Origin: an uncultured Bacilli bacterium
GTDB lineage: Bacteria > Bacillota_I > Bacilli_A > RF39 > UBA660
NCBI GenBank assembly: GCA_934086395.1
Contig: CAKOIE010000001.1
Location: 17,871-81,870 of the forward strand
Direction of reading: 5' to 3'
DNA: 64,000 bases
The notes under the pieces were generated by a model, which was not told the origin of the DNA, searched no databases, and worked only from the letters and a program-made list of their open reading frames with translations. A program made the position numbers and the translations under genes. Of this stretch, positions 18,241 through 29,022 are shown one piece after another. Position 1 is the first letter of the stretch. Every line of letters begins with the position of its first letter.

Positions 18241-19107
18241 TTAAATTTCAGATATTTCGGTATTTTCATAATAATGATTTAATATTTCTTTATAAGATGA
18301 TCCTTCTTTTGCCATTTGATTTGCACCATACTGACTCATTCCAACGCCATGACCATAACCTATTGTGGTTATAATGTAGTTGTTATCTTGTTTTTCGATG
18401 GTAAAATCTGTAGAACGAAGATTTAGTAATTTACGAAACTCAATACCTGTATATGTTTTATTATTTATAGTAATAGATTTAACGTGATTTGTTTCATTTC
18501 TTTCAATATTTTGAATATCAATATTTGACATATTTAATAGTTTATTAAGGTCTGAAGAAGAAAATGTTTTTTGAAATTTGTAATTTGGAGTATTTTCATT
18601 TTCAAGAGATTTAACACTTGTAAAAGTAGTATCATTAAAGACAGTTTGAGAGTTTTCGGTATAACCATTACTCATGGAAAAATAGTAGGTTCTAAGTATT
18701 TTATTATCTCTTTTTATTACTTCATTATGAGTGGATTTAACACAGTTATAAATTTTATTATAATATTTATTATAGTCATCATTCCATTTTTCTTTTAACT
18801 TGAAGTTAGGACTATATACTTGATCACTTATTCCTGATGTTAATTCTAGAAAGTTATTTTCTATTTTTGAAGTTGCAAAACTTCTAGCTGCTACTGCTTG
18901 GGCTTTTAAGGCTTCTTCATTAAATAAAGCGGGCATTTCGGATGCAACAACCCCGGTAATATAGTCGTTTAAATCTAGATATAAGTCTAAATCAGTTAAA
19001 TGAACAATTATTGTTTTTTCGTTATTAGAAAATAAAAAAGTAGCTTTATTAAAACTACTTATAAATATTGGTATTAAAAATAAGATTAATAATAATAATT
19101 TTTTCAT
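18241..19107 (-). CDS. spoIID: Stage II sporulation protein D (SpoIID/LytB family)
   Basis: 288 aa. Contains ALKAQAVAARSFA, YYFSMSNGYTENS and GHGVGMSQYGANQMAKEG. Confidence 0.85.
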   Translation of the reverse strand: MKKLLLLILFLIPIFISSFNKATFLFSNNEKTIIVHLTDLDLYLDLNDYITGVVASEMPALFNEEALKAQAVAARSFATSKIENNFLELTSGISDQVYSPNFKLKEKWNDDYNKYYNKIYNCVKSTHNEVIKRDNKILRTYYFSMSNGYTENSQTVFNDTTFTSVKSLENENTPNYKFQKTFSSSDLNKLLNMSNIDIQNIERNETNHVKSITINNKTYTGIEFRKLLNLRSTDFTIEKQDNNYIITTIGYGHGVGMSQYGANQMAKEGSSYKEILNHYYENTEISEI

Positions 19108-19115
19108 AGGTCTCC

Positions 19116-19310
19116 TTAGATAATTCTACTTACGTCTAAAAACTCTATTATAAAACTTCCTAATAGATATCCCATAATTAAGCTTATGATGATAACAAAA
19201 AATCTTGCTTCAATTATGTGATTTTTTTTAAAAAAATTATTAAAATTAATTCCATTTAAAACAAATACGGATAATAGGACACAAACTATGTATATAATCG
19301 TTTTAATCAT
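19116..19310 (-). CDS. Small two-TM membrane protein (possibly DUF1146/YwzB-like)
   Basis: 64-aa hydrophobic ORF between rpiB and spoIID. The family assignment is tentative. Confidence 0.4.
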   Translation of the reverse strand: MIKTIIYIVCVLLSVFVLNGINFNNFFKKNHIIEARFFVIIISLIMGYLLGSFIIEFLDVSRII

Positions 19311-19753
19311 TATTTTTGTTCATACTCCATTATCTGTTTATTTCTTCTTACATGTCTTTCTTCATTTTTAAAGTCAGTTGTTAGGAATAAATCAATCCAT
19401 TTAATTAAATCATTTACTTTATGATTATTTACTCCTAAGGCGATAATATTAGCGTTGTTATGGGCACGGGCTAGCATTGCTTCTGTATTACTTGTTACAT
19501 GAGCACAGCGAATACCTTTAACTTTATTAGCGGCAATACTCATTCCAATACCAGTTCCACAAAGTAAAATTCCATAATCTGCTTCTTTAGATGATACTAC
19601 TTTTCCTACTTCAAAAGCATATAGTGGATAATCATCGACTGCTGAATTATGTTCACTTAAATCAATGGTTTCAATATTGTGATTATTTAAAAATCTAATT
19701 ATTTCTTTTTTGATATTAACGCCATTATGGTCTGTTGCAATTGCTACTTTCAT
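19310..19753 (-). CDS. rpiB: Ribose-5-phosphate isomerase B
   Basis: 147 aa. Contains MKVAIATDHNG and LLCGTGIGMSIAANKVKGIRCA. Confidence 0.9.
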   Translation of the reverse strand: MKVAIATDHNGVNIKKEIIRFLNNHNIETIDLSEHNSAVDDYPLYAFEVGKVVSSKEADYGILLCGTGIGMSIAANKVKGIRCAHVTSNTEAMLARAHNNANIIALGVNNHKVNDLIKWIDLFLTTDFKNEERHVRRNKQIMEYEQK

Positions 19754-19771
19754 GTTTATTATCCCTTTCTA

Positions 19772-19999
19772 CTATCTAGATATCATTGATGAAAGAACTT
19801 CATTTGATTTACTCATACTTTCACTTATGTTATTAATTCTTTCTGCCCTTAATTCTTGTAATTTTTCAGGAGCAATTCCTGTTAAATTAGAAACTATTTC
19901 TAAGGCTTGATCTTCTCTTAAGCCATATTGCATTAAAGTTCCTTTACTATATAAACTTATAGAATTTTTTAATAAGTTTTCATAATATTCTTTTTCCAT
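19772..19999 (-). CDS. Hypothetical small protein
   Basis: 75-aa ORF with an upstream GGAGGAA SD. No family recognised. Confidence 0.45.
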   Translation of the reverse strand: MEKEYYENLLKNSISLYSKGTLMQYGLREDQALEIVSNLTGIAPEKLQELRAERINNISESMSKSNEVLSSMISR

Positions 20000-20100
20000 T
20001 ATTCCTCCTATATATTTATATTACCACAAATATTTATAAATATTTAAAATTTGAAGTATATTTGACATCTAATTAACAAAAAAAGTGCCTATTTTAGCAC

Positions 20101-20304
20101 TTAATTTAAATTATATTTCTTATTGAATTTTTCTACAGTACCAGTTTTCTTAGCAGTTTTGCTCATTTCTGGATTATATGCTGGTGAGCATGCACTACAT
20201 GTTTCAACAAAATGTGTTGGTTTATTAGATTTTGTTTGGAAAGTATGTCCACAAGCACAAGTTACTGTACAATCTACAAATGATGGATGTAAATTTTTCT
20301 TCAT
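20101..20304 (-). CDS. rpmE: 50S ribosomal protein L31 (Zn-binding type)
   Basis: 67 aa. MKKNLHPSF..., with CxC...CxxC cysteines (TCACGH, CSACSP). Confidence 0.9.
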   Translation of the reverse strand: MKKNLHPSFVDCTVTCACGHTFQTKSNKPTHFVETCSACSPAYNPEMSKTAKKTGTVEKFNKKYNLN

Positions 20305-20363
20305 CTTTTATTCTCCTTCCGCCATGATTTAAATTAAATCATAGAAATTCGTTTTACTTCGAT

Positions 20364-20391
20364 AGTATAACATATATTTGAAAAATTGCAA
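20364..20391 (-). promoter_or_regulatory. Putative sigma-A promoter of rpmE
   Basis: Minus strand: TTGCAA (20391-20386), a 16-nt spacer, then TATACT (20369-20364). Confidence 0.4.
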
Positions 20392-20417
20392 GAGACAAAT
20401 ATACTTTGTCCATTAAA

Positions 20418-21512
20418 TTATGATTTAATTTGTTCCCATGTTAAGTTTAAATCAGTTCGTCCAAAATGACCATAAGCTGCTAAATTGTAATAGATAGGAT
20501 TTAATAAATCTAATTCCTTAATGATATTATCAACACTGAAGTTAAAGTTTTTATTAACATAATCATAGATTTTTTCTATATGTACTTTATTAGTGTTAAA
20601 AGTATTTATGTATACTGATATGGGATGTTCTTTCCCAATAGCATAAGCAAGCTCTATTTCACATTTATCTGCTAAATTATGAGCAACTATATTTTTGGCA
20701 ACATATCTAGCATAATATGCACCGCTTCGATCTACTTTTGATGGATCTTTACTGCTAAAGCAACCACCACCTACTTTACCTATTCCACCATAAGTATCTG
20801 CAACTATTTTACGACCGGTTGTACCGCTATCGCCAAATGAACCGCCAATTGTAAATTTACCGCTAGTATTAATTAATATTTTGGTATTTTCGTCTAGTAA
20901 CTCTTTTGGTATTATCGGTTTTATTACCTCATCTATAATTAAATTTTTCAATTCTTCATAATCAATATTTTCTTTATGTTGACTTGCGATGATTATTGTA
21001 TCAACTCTTTTAGGTAAATCATTTTCATATTCAATTGTTACCTGAGTTTTTCCATCTGGCTCTAATATTGAGTCTTTGGCTTGCTTTCTTACATCAGTTA
21101 ATCTTTTAGCGAGTTTATTTGCTAAAAGAATAGTCAATGGCATATATTCTTTTGTTTCATTAGTTGCATATCCAAACATGATTCCTTGATCTCCTGCCAT
21201 TATTTTATCTTTATTTACAGCATTATTAATTTCAATTGATTGTTTATTTACCTTAACTATTACATTATACTCTTCCGTATAACCAATTTCTTTTAATACT
21301 TGTTTAGCTAGTTGTTCATAATTAAGTTTAGCATTTGTTGTTGCTTCTCCATAAATTAATATTAAGTCATCCTTAATTGTTGCTTCTACTGCCATTTTAC
21401 TATTTTTGTCTTGTTTTAAGGCCTCATCTAAAATATAATCACTTATTTTGTCACATATTTTATCTGGATGTCCTTCCGTTACAGATTCACTTGTTAAATA
21501 ATAATTTTTCAT
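20418..21512 (-). CDS. metK: S-adenosylmethionine synthetase
   Basis: 364 aa. Contains SESVTEGHPDKICDKISD, GDQGIMFGYA and GGGCFSSKDPSKVDRSGAY. Confidence 0.9.
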   Translation of the reverse strand: MKNYYLTSESVTEGHPDKICDKISDYILDEALKQDKNSKMAVEATIKDDLILIYGEATTNAKLNYEQLAKQVLKEIGYTEEYNVIVKVNKQSIEINNAVNKDKIMAGDQGIMFGYATNETKEYMPLTILLANKLAKRLTDVRKQAKDSILEPDGKTQVTIEYENDLPKRVDTIIIASQHKENIDYEELKNLIIDEVIKPIIPKELLDENTKILINTSGKFTIGGSFGDSGTTGRKIVADTYGGIGKVGGGCFSSKDPSKVDRSGAYYARYVAKNIVAHNLADKCEIELAYAIGKEHPISVYINTFNTNKVHIEKIYDYVNKNFNFSVDNIIKELDLLNPIYYNLAAYGHFGRTDLNLTWEQIKS

Positions 21513-21544
21513 AATCTACCTCTTTCCATTTTTATCAAAAATAA

Positions 21545-21662
21545 AAAACTCTTGAAAGAGTTAGTAATAAATCTCTTTCATCGATATTAGCATTACCACC
21601 TTGCCTTAAGTAGGTTGGTATGAGTTCTTAGAGCTAATTCTCTCCCTCATTCTTGATAAAAT
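21545..21662 (-). ncRNA. SAM-I (S-box) riboswitch with terminator, leader of metK
   Basis: The reverse complement reads UUAUCAAGAAUGAGGGAGAGAAUUAGCUCUAAGAACUCAUACCAACC..AAGGUGGUAAUGCUAAUAUCGAUGAAAGAGAU, matching S-box landmarks (UUAUCAAGA, GAGGGA, CAACC, AAGGUG.UAAU, GAAAGA). The terminator AACUCU-UUCA-AGAGUU plus U6 follows. Confidence 0.75.
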
Positions 21663-21715
21663 TAATATTATTTATTTAACGTATTATTTCTAATACATTT
21701 TTATATTATCATATT

Positions 21716-22801
21716 TTAGTTATTTTGTGAATATTCATATAAATAATACGATACTTCTTTAAGATTTATTGAGTTATTGTTAAAAGTTAAAGTTAACAAC
21801 TTAGTTTGTTTATTAAAATTTAAATTATCAATTTTTCCATAATAGTCTTTATTATTAGTTTTAAGATAATAATTCATATTAGAATCTATAATCATTTCAA
21901 TATTAGCATTTTTTAAGTAGTACTTTACTTTATTTATTTTGGTTTTATCAATATTATTGTCTAAAATTAAACCATTTTTATCAATTTTGATTGAAGCTGT
22001 TTCTGGTTCGCAGGTTCCTAAATATTCTATCAAATTATCAGAAAAATATTCTGAATAATCACTTGCTAATTTTAGCTTATTATTACTTATTCGATATGTT
22101 TTATTATTTATAGAAAAATAGAAATCACTATAAAGATTACAGGCAATTGGTTTATGTTTTTCTATAACACTTTCTGTTTTGGCATCAATAACATTATATA
22201 TTAATTTACTATATTTTTTATTAAATTCTTCTAATGCATGTTCTTTTAAAATATCGCTATCTGTATCAATCCCATCAGGGATTTCAATAATATAAATTTT
22301 ATTTGATGTAATCGCAATAAAACTGTAAATTGTTACATCTGCTGAACTAAAATAATTGAAATATTTTATATCGTCTTTAATATTAGAATCTATTTTCCAT
22401 TTATTATTAACTTTCCAAAACAATTTGCTATTTTCTATTTTTAAAAAAGGTATATAATCAAATTCAAATACTTTGTTGGAATTGTTTTCACTTGATTTAT
22501 AAGCAAATGTTTCAGAATTTATTTTTTGATACAAATTATTATCCATGGTATATTCATATTCATTTAATTCATCAATATTTACAAATTTGATTTCTTCATT
22601 ATTTAATTTTGATAGATCAAATTCATTATTTTCATCTTTTTGGAAAGATATAGTTGTTGTCGTGGTTATTGTACTCGAGTCTAATTCAGGTTGTTTTTTT
22701 AAATTATTAGTTTTAAATATTAAGACTATTAAAAGTGCAATTACAATTGCAAATAGGATTGTTAAGAGAATTATTATTTTTTTATTATTATTAGTTTCCA
22801 T
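21716..22801 (-). CDS. Hypothetical single-pass membrane protein with Thr-rich linker (paralogue A)
   Basis: 361 aa. The N-terminus KKIIILLTILFAIVIALLIVLIFKTNNLKKQ is followed by TITTTTT. Confidence 0.55.
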   Translation of the reverse strand: METNNNKKIIILLTILFAIVIALLIVLIFKTNNLKKQPELDSSTITTTTTISFQKDENNEFDLSKLNNEEIKFVNIDELNEYEYTMDNNLYQKINSETFAYKSSENNSNKVFEFDYIPFLKIENSKLFWKVNNKWKIDSNIKDDIKYFNYFSSADVTIYSFIAITSNKIYIIEIPDGIDTDSDILKEHALEEFNKKYSKLIYNVIDAKTESVIEKHKPIACNLYSDFYFSINNKTYRISNNKLKLASDYSEYFSDNLIEYLGTCEPETASIKIDKNGLILDNNIDKTKINKVKYYLKNANIEMIIDSNMNYYLKTNNKDYYGKIDNLNFNKQTKLLTLTFNNNSINLKEVSYYLYEYSQNN

Positions 22802-22961
22802 AAAACTTCACGCTTTCTATTTTAATATTATCAAATATACTAGTGTTAATGATAATTTTAAATTTAAAAGTTATTAATTTACTTAAATTTTACATTAAAT
22901 TTTAATGTGGAATGGTTATAACTTATCAACAAATATAGAAAAAAGAAGATGTTACTCTTCT

Positions 22962-23738
22962 TTATATTCTTTCGATTTTTTCTAAATAAAAGTTTCCATT
23001 TGCTTTATTAAATATATAGATTTTTTCTGAAAGAGATGGCACTATGTCGCCTACGCCAGAAATATAGTCATATCCATATATATATAATTTATTATTTAAT
23101 TCGTATGCTACTAATAAACCAGTAGAAATTAAGCCTACTCCTCCACATCCATGATATCCTGAAAAGACAAATGAATCTGTTTCTTTTACATATTGATATG
23201 TTCCACAAGCTCCATATTCAAAATCTTCTTTTGGCATTGTTGCTGATGGACCATATAATTCCTTTTTCTTTGAAATAAAATCTTTATATTTTATACTTTT
23301 TACTTTGTTATCTTCTGGACAGTTAATGTTTTCAGGAAATACCTTATTGCATTCTACCATTGTACCTTTAGCTTTATCTGCAACAACATTATTTTCATCG
23401 GAAATAACGTCATTATCAGAACGATATTTTGATATTAGTTCTTTGGCTTTAGTCATATCGTATTCTTCACAATTATATGAAGAACATAAATTTAAAAAAT
23501 ATGCTTCGGCTGCTGATGATTCATCATCTTGATTTGGATTTGAAGAAGGATTTATATTGGTTGGCGTAGTTGTTGTAGTTGTTGATTTTGTAGTAGTTGG
23601 AGTTGAATTAGTTTGTTTTTTTAGATTACTTGTTATAAATATCAACGCTATTAAAAGTCCTATAATAACTGCAAATAAGATTCCTATTAGTATTATTAAT
23701 TTTTTATTTTCTTTATTTTCTTTTGTTTCCATAAACAC
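22962..23738 (-). CDS. Hypothetical single-pass membrane protein with Thr-rich linker (paralogue B)
   Basis: 258 aa. The N-terminus KKLIILIGILFAVIIGLLIALIFITSNLKKQ is followed by TPTTTKSTTTTTTPT. The upstream leader is similar to that of paralogue A. Confidence 0.55.
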   Translation of the reverse strand: MFMETKENKENKKLIILIGILFAVIIGLLIALIFITSNLKKQTNSTPTTTKSTTTTTTPTNINPSSNPNQDDESSAAEAYFLNLCSSYNCEEYDMTKAKELISKYRSDNDVISDENNVVADKAKGTMVECNKVFPENINCPEDNKVKSIKYKDFISKKKELYGPSATMPKEDFEYGACGTYQYVKETDSFVFSGYHGCGGVGLISTGLLVAYELNNKLYIYGYDYISGVGDIVPSLSEKIYIFNKANGNFYLEKIERI

Positions 23739-23893
23739 TCACACTTTCTAAAATAATATTATCATATTAACAAAATATATTGATAATTTAATTTATATGT
23801 TAAGGATTATTTACTTAGATTTTACATAAAATTATAATGTGGAATACTTTATTGTTATTAACAAATAAAAAAGAAGGTGTTATCCATCTTTAT

Positions 23894-25150
23894 CTATTCA
23901 TCTATTATTTTAATATTCGCTCCTACTGTTGTTAGTTTGGTTACTATGTTTTCATAGCCTCTTAAAATATGTTCTATATTTGTTATGGTTGTTGTTCCTT
24001 TAGCAATCATTCCAGCAAGCAGCATAGCAGCTCCAGCTCTAAGGTCAGTTGCTTCAACTGTTTCACCATGTAAACATGTTTTTCCGTGAATCATGGCTAC
24101 TTTGCCATCTAAATCAATATTAGCTCCCATTTCATTTAAATATTTGATATGTCTCATTCTATTTTCATAGATTGTTTCTTCAAAAATACTTGTTCCTTCA
24201 CACTGTGTTAAAAGAGTACTCATTGGTTGACCTAAATCAGTTACAAAACCAGGATAAACTAAGGTTTTTATGTTAACTGGCTCTAGTTTATCTACCTTGT
24301 TAATGATTACATGATTATCTTTTACATCTAGTGATGCACCGGCTTCTTTAAGTTTAGATATTACACTTGTTAAATGTTCGGGGATTATTCCATCTATTTT
24401 TAAATTATTACCAAGAAGGGTTCCAATCATCATATAGGTTCCTGCTTCGATACGGTCAGGAATAACAGTTATTTCGCCATCATGTAGTTCATCTACACCT
24501 TCTATTGTGATAGTATCTGTTCCTAATCCAGTAATTTTAGCTCCCATACTATTTAGAAACTGGCCAATATTTATTATTTCTGGCTCTTTCGCTACATTGT
24601 GAATAACGGTTGTTCCTTTGGCTCTAACGGCAGAAAACATAATATTTATAGTTGCTCCTACTGAGGCAAACTCAAGAAATATATTATTACCAATTAATTC
24701 TTTGGCTTCAATAATATAATTTATATCATCTTCTACTGTTATGTTTGCTCCTAACTTTTCAAAACCAGCTGTATGGTAATTTATTGGACGAGCTCCAATT
24801 GTACATCCACCTGGGTATGATACTTTAGCATAACCAAAACGTGATAATAAACATCCCATAAAATAATATGATGCACGCATTTTAGATGCTATATCTTTAG
24901 GAATAAATTCATTATGAATGTTTGAATTATCAATATAAAGGATATCTTTATCTAATTCAACTTTTGATCCTAATAATTTTAATATTTCTAATAATAATTT
25001 AACGTCGCTTATTTTAGGAACATTTTTAATAATACATTTTCCTTTTGTTAATACGGATGCAGGGATTAAAGCAACAACACTATTTTTGGCACCACTTATT
25101 TTTATTGTACCAGATAATTCTTTCTGGCCTTCTATAATTAGTTTTTTCAT
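23894..25150 (-). CDS. murA: UDP-N-acetylglucosamine 1-carboxyvinyltransferase
   Basis: 418 aa. Contains LSGTIKISGAKNSVVALIPA and the active-site Cys context PGGCTIGARPI. Confidence 0.9.
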   Translation of the reverse strand: MKKLIIEGQKELSGTIKISGAKNSVVALIPASVLTKGKCIIKNVPKISDVKLLLEILKLLGSKVELDKDILYIDNSNIHNEFIPKDIASKMRASYYFMGCLLSRFGYAKVSYPGGCTIGARPINYHTAGFEKLGANITVEDDINYIIEAKELIGNNIFLEFASVGATINIMFSAVRAKGTTVIHNVAKEPEIINIGQFLNSMGAKITGLGTDTITIEGVDELHDGEITVIPDRIEAGTYMMIGTLLGNNLKIDGIIPEHLTSVISKLKEAGASLDVKDNHVIINKVDKLEPVNIKTLVYPGFVTDLGQPMSTLLTQCEGTSIFEETIYENRMRHIKYLNEMGANIDLDGKVAMIHGKTCLHGETVEATDLRAGAAMLLAGMIAKGTTTITNIEHILRGYENIVTKLTTVGANIKIIDE

Positions 25151-25206
25151 AAAAAAGTTACCTTTCTAAATATAATATAATATTTTAGTTTGTTTTAGTC
25201 AAATAT

Positions 25207-25740
25207 CTAAGTAAATAATTTACAAATATTGACAATTGATATCAATATTAATAATATTATTCCTATAAGTGATGCTTTTTCTTTCCATACTTTTTGAGAA
25301 TACTTTCCTAGAATTAATCCCATATAAGTAATTGTTCCAGCACATAATGAGAATATTATTGGTGGTATGATTATTTTATCAGTTAAGGCTTTTAAGCCAA
25401 TTCCTACTGAAAAGCTATCAAGAGAAACTGAAAGCGCATATAAAAAGATGCTTAATAAGGAATTTATTTTAGTTACTTTATCATTATTTCGATCTTTATA
25501 CATAAGAAACGCTAGATATAATAGGATTATGGTCATGATAATTTTAGGGTTGATATTTATTACCGATAAAATTTGATTGCCTAAAAATAAACCAATTAAG
25601 GGCATAACAAAGTGCATTATACTAACTACAATGGGAATTAATATAAATCTATTTTTTGATAAATGGGTTGTTCCGATGGAGAGAGCAATGGAAAAGGCAT
25701 CCATAGAAAGTGCTACTCCAATTAAAAAAATACTTAACAA
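25207..25740 (-). CDS. mntP: Manganese efflux pump MntP family
   Basis: 177 aa, multi-TM, with the duplicated DAFSIALSIG / DSFSVGIGL motifs. Confidence 0.8.
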   Translation of the reverse strand: MLSIFLIGVALSMDAFSIALSIGTTHLSKNRFILIPIVVSIMHFVMPLIGLFLGNQILSVININPKIIMTIILLYLAFLMYKDRNNDKVTKINSLLSIFLYALSVSLDSFSVGIGLKALTDKIIIPPIIFSLCAGTITYMGLILGKYSQKVWKEKASLIGIILLILISIVNICKLFT

Positions 25741-25761
25741 AAGATCACCTAGTTAAGTATA

Positions 25762-26277
25762 TTATTTAAACTTTTCAATTATACTAGAAATAAATAATTT
25801 GTATTCAACATCATTTGTTGTTTCGTTATTTTCAAGTAAACATAATGGAGGAAATAAGGTACACCACCAATTTTTTCCTAGACCATTACCAATTGTTATT
25901 ACTAATGAGTTATAAACTCCTGCTTCATAAACTACTCCTTTGTATGTTTTACTTGGAAAATAGTTTAAACCATAATCTAATTTGTAATTATCACTTTTTA
26001 AAAATTCATGAATTTGAATGTTGATAAAGTCTAGGTTATCAACAATTATTTTATCTACTTCTTCGGTAGTTGTAGCATTTTTAGTTAAATCTATAAGGAC
26101 TTTCTCAATGTGATCTTTAAGTTCTAGTTTAGTTTCTATATCTAATTCACTATCTGATGATGCAATTACTCTAAATCGAATAGAGTCAGTTGGGATTATT
26201 ACTTCATTTTGATTTTTATTTTTTATTAAGGTTAAACTTAAAATAATTATTGATAAACATATTAAAGTATTTTTCAT
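25762..26277 (-). CDS. spoIIR: Stage II sporulation protein R
   Basis: 171 aa. Contains a signal/TM span, IRFRVIASSDS and GKNWWCTLFPPLCL. Confidence 0.8.
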   Translation of the reverse strand: MKNTLICLSIIILSLTLIKNKNQNEVIIPTDSIRFRVIASSDSELDIETKLELKDHIEKVLIDLTKNATTTEEVDKIIVDNLDFINIQIHEFLKSDNYKLDYGLNYFPSKTYKGVVYEAGVYNSLVITIGNGLGKNWWCTLFPPLCLLENNETTNDVEYKLFISSIIEKFK

Positions 26278-26324
26278 TAAAAAATTACCCTTTCTAAAAT
26301 AATATTGGGTAATCTTTTTATTTT

Positions 26325-27065
26325 TTATTCACTATATATAAAAGCATAACGGTTTTTACCTGCTAAATCTTTTTCAATAACTATATTATCACTTGGAAAA
26401 TACTTCTTACATAATTTGTACATATCTTCTTTATGATCTTCATCTATTTCAAAAGCAATAAGATGTTTTTTGGCAATTTGTTCTTTAGCTATTTTTAATA
26501 TTTGTTCATAATAAATTAATGGGTTTGTATTAGAAACAAAGATAGCTTCTTTTGGCTCATAAAGAACATTTTGATTATAATTAGAATCTTCTTCTATATA
26601 AGGAGGATTACTTATTACAATACTTATATTTTCAGGTAATTCGTAATTAAAAATATCTTGATTTTGAAAATCTACATTTACATTATTTAATTTAGAATTT
26701 TCTATAGCGACTTTTAGGGCTTCATTACTTTTATCAATTGCTGTAATATTTAAAGAAGGTATTTCTTTTTTTAAAGTTATTGCTATAACACCAGAACCAG
26801 TTCCTAAATCAATTAAATTGGAATTTTCTAAATTTAGACTTTTAATTAATTTAATAGTTTTTTCAATTAAAGTTTCTGTTTCAAATCTGGGAATTAAAAC
26901 ATTTTCATTTACTTTAAAGGGATAACCATAAAATGATACGTCTCCTATTAAATAGGCAATTGGATAGCCTTCATCTATTTTAGCAATAACTTCTTCTAAG
27001 TTATCATATTTTTTACATAGTAAATTCCAATCTAAGTTGCTGATATTTTCAGGTTTATTCCTCAC
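26325..27065 (-). CDS. prmC: Release-factor glutamine N5-methyltransferase PrmC/HemK
   Basis: 246 aa. Contains [11 protein letters not shown] and the ISNPPYI (NPPY) motif. It overlaps the prfA stop. Confidence 0.85.
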   Translation of the reverse strand: MRNKPENISNLDWNLLCKKYDNLEEVIAKIDEGYPIAYLIGDVSFYGYPFKVNENVLIPRFETETLIEKTIKLIKSLNLENSNLIDLGTGSGVIAITLKKEIPSLNITAIDKSNEALKVAIENSKLNNVNVDFQNQDIFNYELPENISIVISNPPYIEEDSNYNQNVLYEPKEAIFVSNTNPLIYYEQILKIAKEQIAKKHLIAFEIDEDHKEDMYKLCKKYFPSDNIVIEKDLAGKNRYAFIYSE

Positions 27066-28113
27066 CTTGCATTTTCCTTCTTTGATCTTCTGTTATTAAG
27101 GCTTCTATAATTGGATCTAAGTTTCCTTCCATTACACGATCTAGTTCCATAATACTAAAGTTAATACGATGATCGGTTACACGATTTTGTGGATAATTGT
27201 ATGTTCTTATTTTTTCTGAACGATCTCCTGATCCAATCATACTCTTACGAGCTGTACCTGTTTCATTATTTTGTTTTTGCATTTCGGCATCATATAATCT
27301 AGATTTTAAAACAACCATGGCTCTTTCTTTATTCTTTATTTGACTTCTTTCATTTTGACAAGTTACAACAATACCAGTTGGAATATGAGTTACACGAACA
27401 GCTGAGTCAGTTGTATTTACTCCTTGTCCACCTTTACCACTTGAACGATAAACATCAACACGAACATCTTCTGGCTTAATCTCAATATCAACATCTTCAA
27501 CTTCAGGCATTACTAAAACAGTTGCAGTAGATGTATGAATACGTCCAGCTGTCTCTGTTTCAGGAACTCTTTGAACACGATGAACTCCGCTTTCAAATTT
27601 TAATTTAGAATAAACATTATCACCTTTAATAGAACATTCAATGGTTGAAAAGCCACCTGAATCTCCTTCAACAGCATGAGTTGCTTCTAACTTCCAACCA
27701 ACTTTTTCAGCATATTTTGAATACATTCTAAATAAGTCACCAGCAAAAATATTGGCTTCATCACCACCTGCTGCTCCTCTAATTTCCATGATAATATCTT
27801 TTCCATCATTTTCATCTTTAGGTAAAAGTAGTATTTCAATTTCTTTAGTTAAAGAGGCAAGTTTATCCTTTTTTTCATCTAGTTCAATTGATGCTATTTC
27901 ATGCATTTCAGGGTCCATTACTAGTTCCTTTAAGCCTTCTATTTCAGAAACTAAAGCCTTATATTCGGCATATTTATTTACAGCTTCTTCTATGCTACCT
28001 TTTTCCTTTGATAATTTCTTTTGTTTATTAAAATCTGATAATACTTCTGGTTTTAATAATTCTTCATTTATTTCATTATATCTATTAGTTAATAGTTCTA
28101 ATCTATCTATCAT
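27055..28113 (-). CDS. prfA: Peptide chain release factor 1
   Basis: 352 aa. Contains [23 protein letters not shown] (GGQ) and [14 protein letters not shown] (PxT). Confidence 0.92.
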   Translation of the reverse strand: MIDRLELLTNRYNEINEELLKPEVLSDFNKQKKLSKEKGSIEEAVNKYAEYKALVSEIEGLKELVMDPEMHEIASIELDEKKDKLASLTKEIEILLLPKDENDGKDIIMEIRGAAGGDEANIFAGDLFRMYSKYAEKVGWKLEATHAVEGDSGGFSTIECSIKGDNVYSKLKFESGVHRVQRVPETETAGRIHTSTATVLVMPEVEDVDIEIKPEDVRVDVYRSSGKGGQGVNTTDSAVRVTHIPTGIVVTCQNERSQIKNKERAMVVLKSRLYDAEMQKQNNETGTARKSMIGSGDRSEKIRTYNYPQNRVTDHRINFSIMELDRVMEGNLDPIIEALITEDQRRKMQGEE

Positions 28114-28147
28114 TGTTATCCTCCTTTATATAAGAAAAAAGAATTAG

Positions 28148-28579
28148 TTACATCATATCAGAATCTAAATCGTCACTATCTTCATCAATGATTACTAAAT
28201 CTTGTAAATCGTTATCGGTATCATCTTCTGGATTTGAATCATCATCATAATTATCTTCTGAATTTTCTTCTTCAATATCTTCTTCGTTTTCAATTAACAT
28301 ATCTTCGTCTTCATCTTCATCAACAATCATTTTAGTACTATGATTAATTTTTAAATCTACAAATCCATTATCTATCATAGTTAATCTTTTATCAGTAATT
28401 ATTAATTCAAAAAATTCTTCGATGTCATCTTCAAAAGTTGATTCTGGTAAATCCATAGCTTTAATTACTTCTTTAAATAAATCCTGAATTTTAATTTTTT
28501 TATTTGTATCTTTTAATATTAAGTAGGCTACATCATTATATGATAAAGTATCTTTTTCTTCATCAGTTAATTTAATCAT
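28148..28579 (-). CDS. rpoE: RNA polymerase delta subunit
   Basis: 143 aa. The N-terminal HARE-HTH-like region (SYNDVAYLILKD...) is followed by a long Asp/Glu tail. Confidence 0.75.
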   Translation of the reverse strand: MIKLTDEEKDTLSYNDVAYLILKDTNKKIKIQDLFKEVIKAMDLPESTFEDDIEEFFELIITDKRLTMIDNGFVDLKINHSTKMIVDEDEDEDMLIENEEDIEEENSEDNYDDDSNPEDDTDNDLQDLVIIDEDSDDLDSDMM

Positions 28580-28757
28580 TATAAATCCTCTTTCCTAAAC
28601 CATTATATGTGTTATTTATAAATATGATAATGGCTTTTTTTAACACTTATGATTTTATCATAATATTGTAGGTTGTCAATAGAAAATTTTATTAAGATGC
28701 ATACAATGTAAAATAAAAAATAAGTAAGCATTTATTTTTCTTACTTATTTAATATTT

Positions 28758-28940
28758 TTATCTTGTAAAACTAGGTTTTGTATCATGTTTAAATTCTGGA
28801 AGAACACTTACTGTTTGTAAATATTCATGAAGACTTTTTAAACTATCAGCATTTAATTTTCCTTTTTCAACATGATCTATTAATGTAGATACACTTTGTT
28901 TTAAAGTTTCAAATTCTTCAACTGTTATTGTTGTTTTCAT
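28758..28940 (-). CDS. Hypothetical small protein
   Basis: 60-aa ORF. No family recognised. Confidence 0.35.
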   Translation of the reverse strand: MKTTITVEEFETLKQSVSTLIDHVEKGKLNADSLKSLHEYLQTVSVLPEFKHDTKPSFTR

Positions 28941-29022
28941 TGTAATCCCCCTTACGGGTTAGTATTATAGCATATTGCAAGAATAAATGCAACCATTTGT
29001 TTGTTAGTGTTATAAATTCGTA

